Positions 11,782 to 25,300 of a stretch of 64,000 nt of DNA are shown here, in pieces. The position numbers and the translations under genes were made by a program. Numbering within the stretch: position 1 is the stretch's first letter; every line of letters begins with the position of its first letter. Below the pieces are notes generated by a model. The model did not search any database, had not been told where the DNA came from, and worked only from the letters and a program-made list of their open reading frames with translations. The DNA comes from Hydrolagus colliei (lineage: Eukaryota), in contig CM068757.1 in the NCBI GenBank assembly GCA_035084275.1, positions 9,610,001-9,674,000 of the forward strand. Direction: 5' to 3'.

Positions 11782-14700
11782 ATATATAATTTTAAGCCAA
11801 TTTTTGGTGTGGAAGCTGCACTTCTTTATCCAAGTCTCTTGTTCACCAATGTGGTCAAGAAGCAGTGAGTGGGAGAAGGAATGTTTTATGATAGTTTTTG
11901 TGCTATAAACCAGTGGTGGTGTTGCAGCTTGTGAGTTGAAGAAAATGTAAAGTAAGTAAGTATAAAGATATCTGTCGTAGCTGCTGCACTTCATGCAGGA
12001 CAGTCGAAAGATAAAGAAACAAGAATACTCCCAAGAAGAAGAAAGAAACACAAGTTTTGCTGTGGTAAAATACCTTTCTGTATCTCACACATTGCTGTAT
12101 ACCGTATAAACTTTTCTTAAAAGGTTTTCTGTGAGCTTGATTATCTCCGTGTCCATAAACATAACAAGACTTAATGTCAAAACAGGTCAATCGTTTCAAT
12201 TCAATGAAACATAAATAAATGAAACTAAGGGAAGCAGCAGTGGGAGTTGCAGAAATGAAGAGGGTAGGAATCATATTCTGCTTGTCAAACAGTGAAGTTT
12301 TTGGGGCGTGGGAGGTCAGTCTGATGTCCAACACATATTGAAACCCACCACCAGGCTTAGGAGTAACTGTGATTTCTATACATTCTATCTGTATGGAAAT
12401 CCCAGAGATAGATTGTTGGAACGCCATGCACACTGTCTCCCTGGAGGGATGCATTCTGCTCAACTAATTCTGGAAAGTATGAGGCGCAGATGGGGAAGAG
12501 CCATTCTATGGGGAACATGCGTTGGGGTAACTGCTGGAGTTTAACCAGCTAAAGCCAGCATAGCTTGCCATTGATATTGCTGCCTGGCAAGCTTTCTCAC
12601 AACATATCCAGCTAGGACCACCATACCGGATAATAGCCAAGCCTTTACATACCCCAGAGTGGACACACGTAAAGCAAAAATATGAATAATAAATTGGTCA
12701 CTAAATCCCTGACTGTTTGTGGGACATTATTTGTGTGCAATTGGCTGTCACGTTTTGCCTACAATATATATAATCAATATATATATGTAAATGTGAGATG
12801 GCTTGAAGACATAATCGGTTAGTATATCAAATTCAACGATTATTATGACATATTGTATGGAATGTAACTATCCCCAAAACCAGGCCTGGCATCTCTCTGA
12901 GCCACTGGTGATCTTCAGACAGTTTGTTGGATGGGAAGGACCTGCGCCTGCGCCTGTCTGGGTTGGGCACTGATCAAGGAGCCTCTTTAAGGAAGGAATG
13001 TCACTGATTGTGTGAGTCTCCGGACAAGCGATGCCTGGAGCCCAGAAAGGAGTCTTTGCTTCAAGTGCAAATGAACAGTGATGTTTCAGGGCTGTGACTG
13101 GGTGTTGGCAGAAGCCAGAACAACACGAGAGGAATGTCAGGGCTGTGTGTGCTGTGGTCACACGCATCCCTGAGTCTGTTGCTGGGGTGTCTGATCTCAC
13201 CGGCAGGTAAAGTGTGTCAGCAGAGGCGGCCAGAGGTGTCCAAGCCAGAGGGTAGAGCAGCCTCCCTGCTGCCTTTGTAACATGAACACCCGGAGTAGCC
13301 CCGCTGTGTGTTAATGAGAGTCGCTGCAATGGACTTCGTTATCACTCTGGAAACTGAACCTGATGTCAACTTACATCACAACCCTCACACACCTGTACAT
13401 CCACACAACATATACGCACAACATATGCACACCCACAACATATACACACACCACTCACATGTAACATACACACACAAACCATATATACACACACAAACAA
13501 CATACACATATTCACTCACCAGCTAACATTAACCTATGTGTACTTTGCTGGACTTTCCAAAGCTTGGAAAGTGTTGAATCCTCAACTTGCGAAAAAATCA
13601 TACGACTTTTCTATATTCTGCTAAATGACAAGTTTAAACTCCTGTCTGGGTTGGGAACTGATCATGGAATTGATCCAAAGTGGCCGGAGAGGCCGAAGGG
13701 ACATCGATTATTGTAGAGCAGTGATTCTCGGTCAGGCGGCTGCGTTTCAGAGGATTTGGTAACGATCCGATCAATATACTAATGGGCTTCTTGTCACCAT
13801 GTGTTGTATGTAACCTTAATGTTTGTTGGCAGTGTTTGCTGACACAGTAAGTACAGTACTGCCACCTCCTGTTAATAATACAATATATAATAATCCTGTA
13901 TTTCATATAGCGCCTTATCATGTATAGACACTCACACACATATACATTGTCACATCTGGATCTTTGGATCTAACATTAGGAAACCCAACCCCTCGCTCAG
14001 TAGATTTACTGAATAAATCAGAGCTTCTCTCAGAAAATGGAACAGAAGTTGGCGAGATCTGTTTGTGGATTACAATGTGTTGTTTGGGTGATTAATATAT
14101 TGAAATTCCCTTTGGTTTAGATGGTGGATATTAAGGTTCAGTTTTCTAGCCGCCAGGCGGATGGTTTGTGAGGAGAGCGCGATCCCAATCTCTACTTGCT
14201 ACACACACACACACTACACATCCACTGAGTGTTCGCAACAGCCACAGTCATCGTCACGACTTTTGATTCTGACAACCACATTGTGAATATCGATCAGCTT
14301 TGTCAGTCACTGAACGGTGATTAGAAATGTATCCGTTTTGCAGAATTTTGGAGAATCACCGTGAATTGTGTTTATCCCCTTCAGGCCATTTGTTCGACAG
14401 TAAATTAGCTGTAATCTTTGCTGTGATCTTAGGGTTAATGTATAAATGCTTTGCTGTAGTCTGTTATTAAACGCTCACACACTAGTTGTGTTTTTCACTG
14501 AGGTGCTTCGGCTGCATGTTTCCCAGATTCCTGCTCCGTGTCCGTTGGTAGAAAGAATCCCAAACCATGACACACCTCACCGTCAGTGAACCCATGGCCT
14601 GTGCCCTGTGAACAACTACAGCAAGTTACATTGGTATAGCTGGATGTGGCTTCATAAATGTGACTTCTTGTCAACGCTGAGTAACACGGCTGATATCTTC

Positions 14701-15094
14701 CAGGGGGCATCCTGTTTAACTCATGCCAAAGATTGGAGACCCCAGTGTGTGCGTTGGGATATTGCTGGAGTTTAACCAGCGAAATTCCTGTAGCTTGCCA
14801 TTCACAACATCATCTGGTGTGAATGGCAAGGGCCCAGCAGGGCAAAACTTTGGACAAGATTTTTTACTCTATACGCGTCTGATTACCTATCAGTAAGTAG
14901 GAACCTGGGTTTTATTTGATTGGCAGATCACTTTATGGGGTGGGGGGGGTGGGGGGGTAATAATCCCTTTTAAAAAAAATTATACTAGTAATTTATTTGC
15001 TCACTGAATCCACGACTGGCTGTGGGACACTGTTGGTACGATTGGCTGCCGTGGTTCACCCACAAAATATAGTCAACATATTTTACACTATATT

Positions 15095-15925
15095 CTGATT
15101 GGCTCGTATCAGCGCCTCCGCACCTCAGGCACTGGCAACATCAGCATTTAAGGCTGCACTCTCCACCTCTCAAAGCCAGTCAGGAATTTGGGCGTCTTGT
15201 TCGACCCCGAATTGTCCTTCCTCCCCCAAATCTGCGCCATGACCGGTACAGCCTTCCACCACCTCTGCAACATTGCCAGTCTCCGCCACCACCTCCCCAC
15301 CATGCTGCCGAAATACTCATCCACGTATTCATCACATCTAGGCTTGACCACAGGAATTCTTTCCTGGTCAGCCTTCCCAGCTCCTCCCTTCGCGAGCTGC
15401 AGATCATTCAGAATTCTCTCCTGTGTCCTCTCCTGCACTAGACTCCGCGACATCACATCACTCCCACCCTCGCCCCTGTCCACTGGCTCCCCATCCCCCA
15501 GAGGATCAAATTCAAGATCCTCGTCCTCACTTTCAAGGCCATTCACGGCCTTGTCACCGCCTATCTCTCCGACCTACTATCTCCCTATCAGCCTGTCCGC
15601 GCTCTCCGCTCAGCGAGCTCCACGTCTCCCGGCCGAACCGCCCTACCATCGGTGGCCGGGCTTTCAGCCTCTCTGTCCCCGCACTCTGGAACTCCATCCC
15701 TCAACCCCCTCGCTTTGCTTGCTCCCTTTGCTCCTCCAAGGCCGGTCTCAAGACCTTCCTCTTCGACTCTGCCTTCTGCTCCCCTCCGCACTCTCCCCCC
15801 TCTCCCCCCTACTCTCCTTCCCCGACCCTTCCCCCTCTGCTCGGGTCCCGACCTAACTGTTCAGCGCCTTGGGATGTCCTCCCGTCGTGAAAGGTGATCT
15901 ATAAATGTAATTGTGTTGTTGTTGT
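15095..15925 (+). mobile_element. L2-clade LINE 3' fragment
   Basis: RNLGVLFD..LSF, RLD..NS, HITP.L..LHWLPI..RI.FKI remnants; tail aaaggtgatctataaatg...(ttg)n. Confidence 0.85.
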
Positions 15926-16196
15926 GATTGTAAGGCGCTGTAGCCAATACAGGGATTATTATTATTATTATTATTATTCTAACAATATCTACATTGCAAA
16001 GGTTATTGTTGCTGTGAACATCACTACGATTGAATAAGTTGATCTGTCAAGTGCTTTCACACACTATATCTCCCAGCTGTGGCTTCTCCTCGGTTCCTCT
16101 TTTCTTTTTCCCAGAAATGAGGATAACTCGGGATCTGTGTTCGCATCTTAAAGCTAATCTGCTGTGAATACAATGATAGCGTTAAACACCATCCCT

Positions 16197-16231
16197 TTCC
16201 GAGAAATCATACACGAGAGTGAAAGTGAAAG
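16197..16231 (+). promoter_or_regulatory. GAS (TTCCGAGAA, 16197-16205) plus IRF-E/ISRE (GAAAGTGAAAG, 16221-16231)
   Basis: Exact matches to TTCN3GAA and GAAANNGAAA, 93-127 bp upstream of the leader ATG. Confidence 0.6.
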
Positions 16232-16323
16232 CACAGCCCCAGTCAGTGCGGCTGGAAGCTGGAGAGAGAGAGAGAGACACACAGAGAGAGACAGACATGT
16301 TGAGGGGGACAAACTCGGCTATA

Positions 16324-16396
16324 ATGTCCTCACCCGGTGGAGCTGCCAGGGCGCTGACCCTCGTCCTGATCCTTGGGGCTTGGATTGCAGGATCAG
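16324..16396 (+). CDS. NCR3LG1: Leader (signal peptide) exon MSSPGGAARALTLVLILGAWIAGS
   Basis: 73 nt, hydrophobic core, phase-1 donor g|gtacag. An in-frame upstream ATG at 16297 is an alternative start. Confidence 0.85.
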
Positions 16397-19300
16397 GTAC
16401 AGAAAATGCGCAAACGTTAGACTGATTTGCTGCTGGATCCCACCGCTGAGCGAGACACAGAGACACACCGCTAACTGGAGGCTGCCCTGGGGGGGGGGGG
16501 GGGGGACACAGCCTGAAGGGTCTGTGTTTGGGGTTTAGCTGATAATATCAAATATCAAGGGCCTCTTGGATGGTAAACTGGCGGCCCACGGGCCGGATTC
16601 CTTTATCAATTTATTTGTTTTGAACGTTATAATTGGAAACAGCGACAAAATTTCTCTGGGCTGATGGTGATTCTCCCCAGCAAGTTATAAGGGGAAAAAC
16701 CAAGCCCTGTTTTGTGTGGGAGGCGAGGTCTTCAACTTAATGTTCAACAAGGACTCTCTTCAATCTGCACAAATTGTATTGTTGCTATGTGCTGTATATA
16801 ATATTAAGTTACAGTGAAGCACTGGGGCAGATACATTGGAAAAATTGAAGAGTCTCAGTTATGAGAACCAATAGCGCCCTTGAAGAAGGAACCATCTTGG
16901 CGCAATTAACAAGGGACAGTGAGGCTAGGGAAAAGAGAGTGACTGAAGGCGTGGTTGAATTGAAGGGTCTTGAAACTTGGCTTGATGGAGGCAAGGGAGT
17001 GAGCAAGGCAAAGGGAATGTGGGATGGAGTTATAAAGAGTGGGGGCAGAGAGGCTGAAGGATGGTGGAGCGTGCAGGGCGGAGGACACAAATGAGGCCAG
17101 AGCCTGCTGAGTGGAGGAGAAGACAGATCCAATTGGAGTTAGCACGTCTCAGACACAGGGAGGAGCAAAGCCGTGGAGGGCTTTGAAGGTGATGAAAAAA
17201 TTATTTTTAATTCTATAATCTGGGGAATGGGAGCCAGAGCTGCCAAGTCAGGGTGATAGGGTCAAGGATTCCGGTGTGGGAGAGAATACAAGCTGCAGGT
17301 TGTGAATGACTGGCTGCTTGAGGAGGGAAGAGTTGGGAAACCGATGAGCAGGAATTTGGAGTTGTCCAATCTAAATGTAAATAAATGCATGGATGAGGAA
17401 CTCAGTGGGTGGGGGGGGGGGAGAGTCAGGCGATTAGTACATGTAGGTAGGGTGCCATCGAGGGTGGAGGCAGAGAGATGGAGTTGGGTGTCATCTGCAT
17501 ACATTTGGAAGCTAACCCCGTGTAGATAACATCGTGGTGGGGTATGAGCAGCTTGGAGAGGTGGGGAGGGGCCAGGGCGGGAAGTGATTTGAAAGTGAGA
17601 AGGAGGATATTCTAATCAATCCATTCTGCAACAAGCAGCCAGTGAGGGCTTGCAGACACGGGAGTAATGGGGGTGCGGAGTCTCAAATACGTGAGGCACA
17701 GTCAGCAGAGTTTTGACACAAGCCTCAACCCCTCATTCTCTGGATAACCTGTGGGGTACAATTCTATAGGCACTAGCTGTGCTCCAGTGCTCTGCCTAAA
17801 TGGCCATTAATTGCAAATGCACATGAGCATGCTGTTTAACATTCACTCCTTGGTATTGTCACCAAACCCTTGGGTAGGACTAGATTTTCTTGTTTCAATA
17901 TTCTTGAAGCAGTAGCTCATCCCAACCTATGAATTTTAACGTGCTTCTAATCTCAGATAATCAAACCTGCTATTCTGGTGTTTAAAATGCTCAGTTGTCA
18001 TCAATGTTTTGGAATGCCCCTTGTTTTTACACAGATGCTTTGGCGATGACAATATTTAAAGACCCATTGGAGGTCTTATTGAATGAAGATGTTGTCCTTC
18101 AATGTAACGTAACCCTCAAGACTCCGGAGGAGCCCAGCCTTGAAATAATTGCAGTTCGGTGGTTTTGGGGGTTGAAGGAAGTGTATGCATACAATGGAGG
18201 GATATTTAAAGCTATCAGAAACGGATCAAAGATAATAGTAGAAAATCTGCAAAGGGGAGATGCCTCACTACATCTTCCTAAGGTTCAGATATCTGAAGCA
18301 GGAGTGTACAAGTGTATGGTTTACTTGATGCCGACCATATCACAAGAAGAAAAGAGTTCAACCTTAATAGTGTCAGGTAAGCACAGTAATCTTGCCGTGT
18401 GTGTTGTGTGTGTTGTGTTGCGGCTTGTAATGCTGTATTCAACAGATCACAAGATAAGTTGAGATGATTCGCCCACAAATATACAGTCAATTCACTTTAC
18501 AGTATATTCTGTGAAGCGCTTTGGGACATCGATAAGATGTGAAAAGTGCTGTATCAAATACAAGAATTATTATTATTATGAAGATGGCTGTTCAGACCAT
18601 CTGAGCTCAAGCATCCAGGAAACCCATCGTCACATCACTGCATCAAACTATTCCAGTGTGCTATCTTCAACCACCCTTCTGTAAGGGTCTGGTGCAATAG
18701 TCAGCAATGAACAGCACACATTAAAAATTAAATAACACAAGTTTATTGCTTGGTAATAAGGGAAGTAAATTAAATAAGGACACGGACAAAAAGGAATCAA
18801 TATAAACAAACTTATTCTCTAAAATTAGTAACTAACTCATCTATTCCGCATACACGTACTGCTCCCACCCCGCAGTGTATGGATGCGTGAGTGTGTGAAT
18901 ATACTACTGGGTTCTGGGTGTCTGTCAATAATAATAATCCTTAAGTTTATATAACACTTTCCACGACTAATTGTTGCCTCAAAGCGCTTCACAGAATACA
19001 CAACGTCCTAAGTTGGGACAGGAGCAGTGGGGGAAGGTTCGTGGTTGGGGGAAGGAAAGTAGGAAAATTAACCGCATTGACCGTTTGTGGGTGAAACGCG
19101 GCAGCCAAATTGCGCACAGCGGTGTCCCACAAACAGTCGTGGAAATGGAGCCAGGGGAGAAAGGGGGAAAAGAGGATAAGAGGGAGAGGGAGGCGAAGGT
19201 GGGGAATAGTCAGATAGGAAAAGGGGAGAGAAAGGTGGCAAGGGAGAGAGGGAGGGCAAGGTGGGTGGGGGGCAAAATCAGAGAGAAAGGGGGGCAAGAG

Positions 19301-22300
19301 GAAGAGGGAGAGAAGGGGAAAAGGGGGGAGAGAAAGTGGGGAAAGGGAGCAAGGGAAGAAGAAGGGGGGGGGGGGGGGGTAGGCCGGGGCAGGGGGGATT
19401 AAACAACAACAATAAACAACAAAATCAACAACAATAAACAACAAAAGCAATAATATTAATAACAAAAATAATAACCATCAAAAATAGTCCAGAAGCACCA
19501 CCTCAAGGTCCAGTTTCCCTCTGCTTGTAGATTTCCTTGACTCTTTGCTCTGCCCTGCTTGCCTTTTACTCAACTTCTGTATGTCTGTCTCTCTTGCCAA
19601 GCTGTGTTTTAGGTTCGTTGATTGGGCTGATATTCTGCTTGACAGTCAATCAAGGCTTCTCTCTTTCTCTGTCTCTCTCACTTTTGCCAGTTAACCCTTC
19701 ACTGCTATTATCCAGGCTGCAGTACCTGGACAATAACAATTGTCCTGGCTGATCACACAACAGCTGGACTCTCTCAGCAGCTAGTCTGACATTTGGTGTT
19801 GGCTGACCACAAACAACCAGACCTCCCTTCTTCTGACTGTTGGCTCACTGCTCCACTGTGCACTGTCCTCCTGCTAGCCTGACCTCTCACTCTCCTGCTG
19901 GTTCTCTTTCCTTCTTTTGATTGTTGAAATGATTGTTGGTTCTTGGTTGATTGTTGAAATGATTGTGCCTTTACCCCTCAAACCTTCCTATCTTTGTACC
20001 GTTTTTGCAGCATCAGGACAATAACCAGATTTCTCCTGTTAGAACTGGCCATGCACCCACAAGAATCTGTTTATTGATCTTTGTCCAAGTCATTCTCAAA
20101 CTCATTAAGTTTTAAAAAGAATGTGTATTCTTAATCATTGTCCCTTAGTACTCCATAAACCCTTGCACCTGACTAGGTCAGTTCAATCCACGACTGTTTG
20201 TGGGATACAGAGGGTTGGTGGATCGCTACTCGGGGCATTAATCCCATTACAAAAAGTTCTAATAATAATTTAGTGCTGAACACGTCTTATCAATGTCTCA
20301 AAGCTCTTCATAGAATATATTGTAAAGTGAATTGACTGTATATTTGTGGGCAAAATGCGGCAGCCAATTGCGCACAGCAGCGTCCCACAAACAGTCGTGG
20401 ATTGAAATGACCAATTTTTATTATTTTTTAATTGGTAATTTTGTCATTGGATTTGAGTTTCTACCTTGGATTATTTTACTAATTTCAACTTTAAACCTTT
20501 AACCTCTTGTTCTACCATCTTGGTGCATCATGTTTTACACATTTATGCACCATCTGAGAAATCGTCTCTCAAGACTGATGAGCCCTATCTCATTTTGGCT
20601 GAAAGTCCCAGTTAATAAACAACCCATCAGTCAGAGTGATTGTTATTAACCCCTCTGCTTAAGCAACCATTGATGCCATCTAAAATGGGTCAGATGAACT
20701 GGTAACCATGCATTGGTCTCCAACACACCTGTCCATTTCTATCTCGGTGAGATGCTTCATTTGGGGAAACACAGTTACCCCATTCTTCTGTTGACCTATA
20801 GTGATGTAAATTGTTTCGTTAACTTGCCAAGATTAGATGTATGTAGCTCACTGGTATTAGTTCATAAATCTTGGGGTTGAAATTCAAATTAGTCTTAATT
20901 CATATGGTATTGTTGTTGTTGTTTGTTGTTGTTGTTATGTTGTAAAATCTAAGTGTTGTGCAAAATTGTTCCATTGAATTAGAAAGCCATTACTTCTAAG
21001 AAGTGGGAATCATTGATTTTTTAAGGAATTTTTCTTAATTTTGTGCAATTCAAAGTTCCAGGGTAGACAAGGTGGAATTTCTGTCTGCCTGTTGCTGTGT
21101 CTGAAGTAAATACAAGTTGTATTATTATTCTCACGTGTGTGTATGTTGTGGGTAGGAAATAAAAGTGCTGCTTGAAAGACAATACTATATTCATGTAAAG
21201 AAATGTGATAACCTCTACAGCTCAGCCAAACGTCACCTTGTCTCCACATCGCATCAATGTAATCAATGGTTCAGTAGAAGACTTGATGTGTGATGTCAAT
21301 GGATTTTACCCTGAGATGCACAGCATCAGCTGGGTCAAGGTATCGCGTGGTGTGGAGACGGAGATTACAACAGATATCTTGACGCAAGATTTAGTTATCA
21401 ATGAGGACAAAACATTTAATCTTTCCAGCAAGTTGAAGATCAGACCAACCCTGGCTGTCGATGGTGATAAATACAGGTGTGTGGTGAAGCACAGAACATT
21501 CAGTGATAGTCTTACACTGGAGGCAGAGCTGACTGTGGGAATTGAGAATCCCCAGGATCCTGAAGGATATGGACCTGGAGCTGTTATTGGAGGTGTAATC
21601 GGTGTTGTCCTGATAGTGATTGTCGTCTTTGTTTTCGCGGCACTTTACTTTTGGAAGAAAACGAAACAAGGTAAGGATCTTCACAGCCCTAAACAACAAC
21701 GGCAGACGTGGGGGTGATTTATTATACACTAAATGGTCTTGTGCACATTTTCTATCAATAGAGAACAGTCAGCTGACACTTGATCAACTGAAATAGATAT
21801 TGTCCTAATGACAGTCAAAAAGTTTGTGTCGAGGCCTCTGCTCTCTGGGACATTTACCCGAATCTTTTCTAAAGACTTACCTGTTTGATCGTGCTTTTGG
21901 TCACTAGCAGCATTCCCTGCTTCCTCTTTGCACCTCACTCAGTGATCCACACTGTAAAGTCCTTGTAAAGTACTTTGAGATGACATCAAAAGATACTGCA
22001 TGAGGGCAAATTGTTGTTATAACTGAACTGTGTTGATCATTACCCAGGTTTCTTGAGAGAATTAGAATATTTGATGCTACTTTTTGTATGTTCCACAGCT
22101 CCTCCCAAGATCAATGAAATCAGCAAACCCACTCGCTTTATACATGGGCAGCGCGTCAATCTGAGTTGGGAAGTGACTCGTTTCAAACCAAAAGAGATAG
22201 AGATCATGATATTTCTGACGAGGAAAGGAAAACAGCCACTGGAGCTATTTGTCTGGAAATTCACAAAGAATAAAAACGAACCAGGTCAGGTTGAAGAAGG

Positions 22301-25300
22301 TTTTCATCTCCTGAAAACAAAAAATGGATCTGACGGGGATAATTCGTTCTCTGCTGACACCCCACAATGTGATCAGCTCGAAAATGGGACCTTCAGGGTA
22401 AAGTGTCACATATGGTTCTGTCCTGATGTATCTGAGGACGATGGAGCTCAAATAACAATGCAAGTTCATCACAAGGCTCTGAAACAGCCTCTCAAAAAAT
22501 CTGTAACTTTAGATGTTGAAGGTAAGATTTGCATTGTGCACCTCCCTACCTCCACCTAACCACACCCACATGTCAATGTGCAAACAATGGCAAGAAATAA
22601 AAACATGGAAATCCGGGGTATTGATCCTTTCTAATAATAAAAAAAAAAAATTTGGTCACTCAATCCAGAATTAGAGTGTGAAATTGGCTGACGGGTTACG
22701 CCCATAAAATATGCAGTCAATACACTTTACAGTGTATTCTGTTGAGTGCTTTGAGACGTCTCAACAGTGGGATAAGGCGCGATATCAAACACTAATTATT
22801 ATTATAATTAGAGGAAACAAGGTTATTCACCCCACCGAGCCTATGCCGGTGGTCACTCATCCACTGGAGCTATCTCCCCGTATCCCAATTCTCTACTCTT
22901 CCCCCTTACCCAATGATGAGCTGCTTCAAAACCACTGCAACATTGTTACTATGTGAGCTCCAAGAGTTACCTTATGCCCAGTAACCCTGTGTGGTCAGTT
23001 GACGGATTGACTCAGTTGGTGACGCTCTCTCCTATGGGACAAGGTCGTCAGTATTTCAATTGGCATCTGAAAACCTGCCCTTCACCTCAGGCTATATAGA
23101 AGCTACCATAATCTCTGTCACTCTTACTGTGTGTCACTCTCTCTTTCTTTCCCTCTCAGCTTCAGAGAGAGAAGAGAATAGATTGAGAGGGTAAACAAAA
23201 GGGGAGAGAGAAGAGAGAGAGACAGGGAGGGAGAAAGAAGAACACATAAAAACACAGACAGTTTGTGTTCATACAACTTTTATATTAACATGGAAGTTCT
23301 CAGACAATAATAGCCTTGCACATGACATATCACCTGATCATGCCTTTGAGACTTCACAGAATAAACTGTAAACAGAGGAATGTGGAGTAAGGAAACTTGC
23401 ACAATATTTCGCCTGCTGGAAATCGTACCCTGGTCTCTCGCTTATGAGCTACAGGACTCCACAGAATATACTGTAAAGCAGATTGATTGTGTAATTTGTG
23501 TGCGACGAGCAGCAGCCAATTGTGCACAGCAGTGTCACACAAATAGTCATGGATTAAGTGACCAATTTATTATTTTTTAATATTTTTGATGCAATTATTA
23601 TCCCTGAAATACAATCTGAGAATCTACTAATAACCAGGTTCCTACATACGGATGGGTAAACAGAGGCGTGTGGATTAAGGAAATTTAAGGCCCACCATTT
23701 CCAGGAATCAAACGAAATCTGAGATTGAAGTGCGAATGGAATCCAGGGGGTCAATGTGAGCCCCTAGATTGATTTTATGATTTGTAACTGGACACAGTGT
23801 GGCCAGTTGTAGAATTACAGCATAATGTTAATAATGTTTGTGGAGTCCTGTAGCTCAGTGGTTAGAGCACTCGCCTTACAAGCGAAGGACTTGTGTTCAA
23901 TTCAAGCATGGTGAAACCTTGGGCAAGTTTCCTTGCTCCACATGCCTGATAATAATCCCTCAAAAAGAAAATTGGTCATTTTAATCCACAATTGTTTGTG
24001 GGGCACTGCTGTGCGCAATTGGCTGCCGCAATTCACCCACAGTTAATTCACTTCACAGTATATTATGTGCAGTGCTTTGAGATGTCTTGAAGACGTGAGA
24101 AGCGCTATATAAAACACAAGGATTATTAGTAATAACATGTTACTTGTGTTTACAGCTCCTCCCACGATGACTGAAATCAACATACCCTCTGGTATTGTGC
24201 ACGGTGCCAATGTGCCTTTGACATGGGAGGTTAATGGCTTCAACCCACGGGCCATTGTAATTGCTGTATTGGTGAAGAGGAAAGTGGATCAGGAAGCAAA
24301 GCAACTGTTTCATTGGCAGATCCCAGAGAAAGAAAAGCAGCCAATCCCACATGATATTACCCCCAGCATTGATACACAAGTTAACTCCTTCACTGCTGAG
24401 GTGGCAACGATTGTAAAGACAGATAAAGGGACTTTCAGTGTGAAGTGCAGCGTTGCCATGTGTGCTGATGTAATCAGGGATAATGATGCTGAATTCACTG
24501 TTGAAGTTAAACATCAGGCTGTGGATAATCCTCTCACTAAAGCTATAACATTATGTGTCGCAGGTAAACTCTACCTCTGTATTTTCTCGCTCTCTCTGGT
24601 GCTAATATGTGAGTTGAAGTGCAGCATGCTGCTGTGTGTGTCCCTCTATGCTGCAATAGTTATTTTTGTTTGTGACAGTGACGTTCTATCACATAGACAT
24701 CTGTGCCGACAGCCACCCCCCTTCCCCTCTCTATCCAGGCTCAGTGGATGACTCTGTCACTTTAAATCGCTCAAACACATTAGCTGAAGTGAACAATGCC
24801 ATATTAATGCATGTTGTTGCTGTTGTGTTTGGGGGCAGCTCTGTTGCAGGTTGATGGGGAGGTGATGGGCTCTGTGGTAACGGTCCAGCTCAACATCAGC
24901 CTGAAATCTCATCTGTTTTCTTGAGAAACTTAAACAAATCGATTTTGAGATCCTCAGACTTGCCTACAATTCACCTCTTGCTCTCACACCTCGCTACCTC
25001 TCCAATCTGCAAACACCCACTTCTCAACCCACTCCGTTCGCTTGCTCAAACCTTTGGCATCTTCCTTGACCTGTCCACTATACTATCGGCAGCCAGGCAT
25101 TCAACAACGATACCCTGAACCTCTGAAACTGCCTTCCCCAAACTCCAGCTCGCCCTCCATCTCCATCAATCGTTGGATTACACATGGAGGTTCTACTCTC
25201 TGACCATGCCTACCATCACCTCCCCTCTCTCCCCAGCTCAGTATCAAACTACAATATTGCGAAGCTCATCAAGACGTTACCCTGCATGAAAGTTGCTATA

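Larger units (their letters stand above)
4298..16540 (+). repeat. Segmental duplication, copy 1 (copy 2 about 32931-44540)
   Basis: Collinear ORFs at offsets 28633-28643; near-identical intronic sequence; copy 2 lacks about 630 bp (15232-15861). Confidence 0.9.

Noticed and set aside
12868-13939. Minus-strand ORFs sharing I.D+PS...LDQ.PTQTG
   Set aside because: No splice-consistent model or domain motif; probably decayed duplicated or repeat sequence
23842-23915. tRNA gene (also 61926)
   Set aside because: Continues into a SINE body and L2-like tail; acceptor stem not supported
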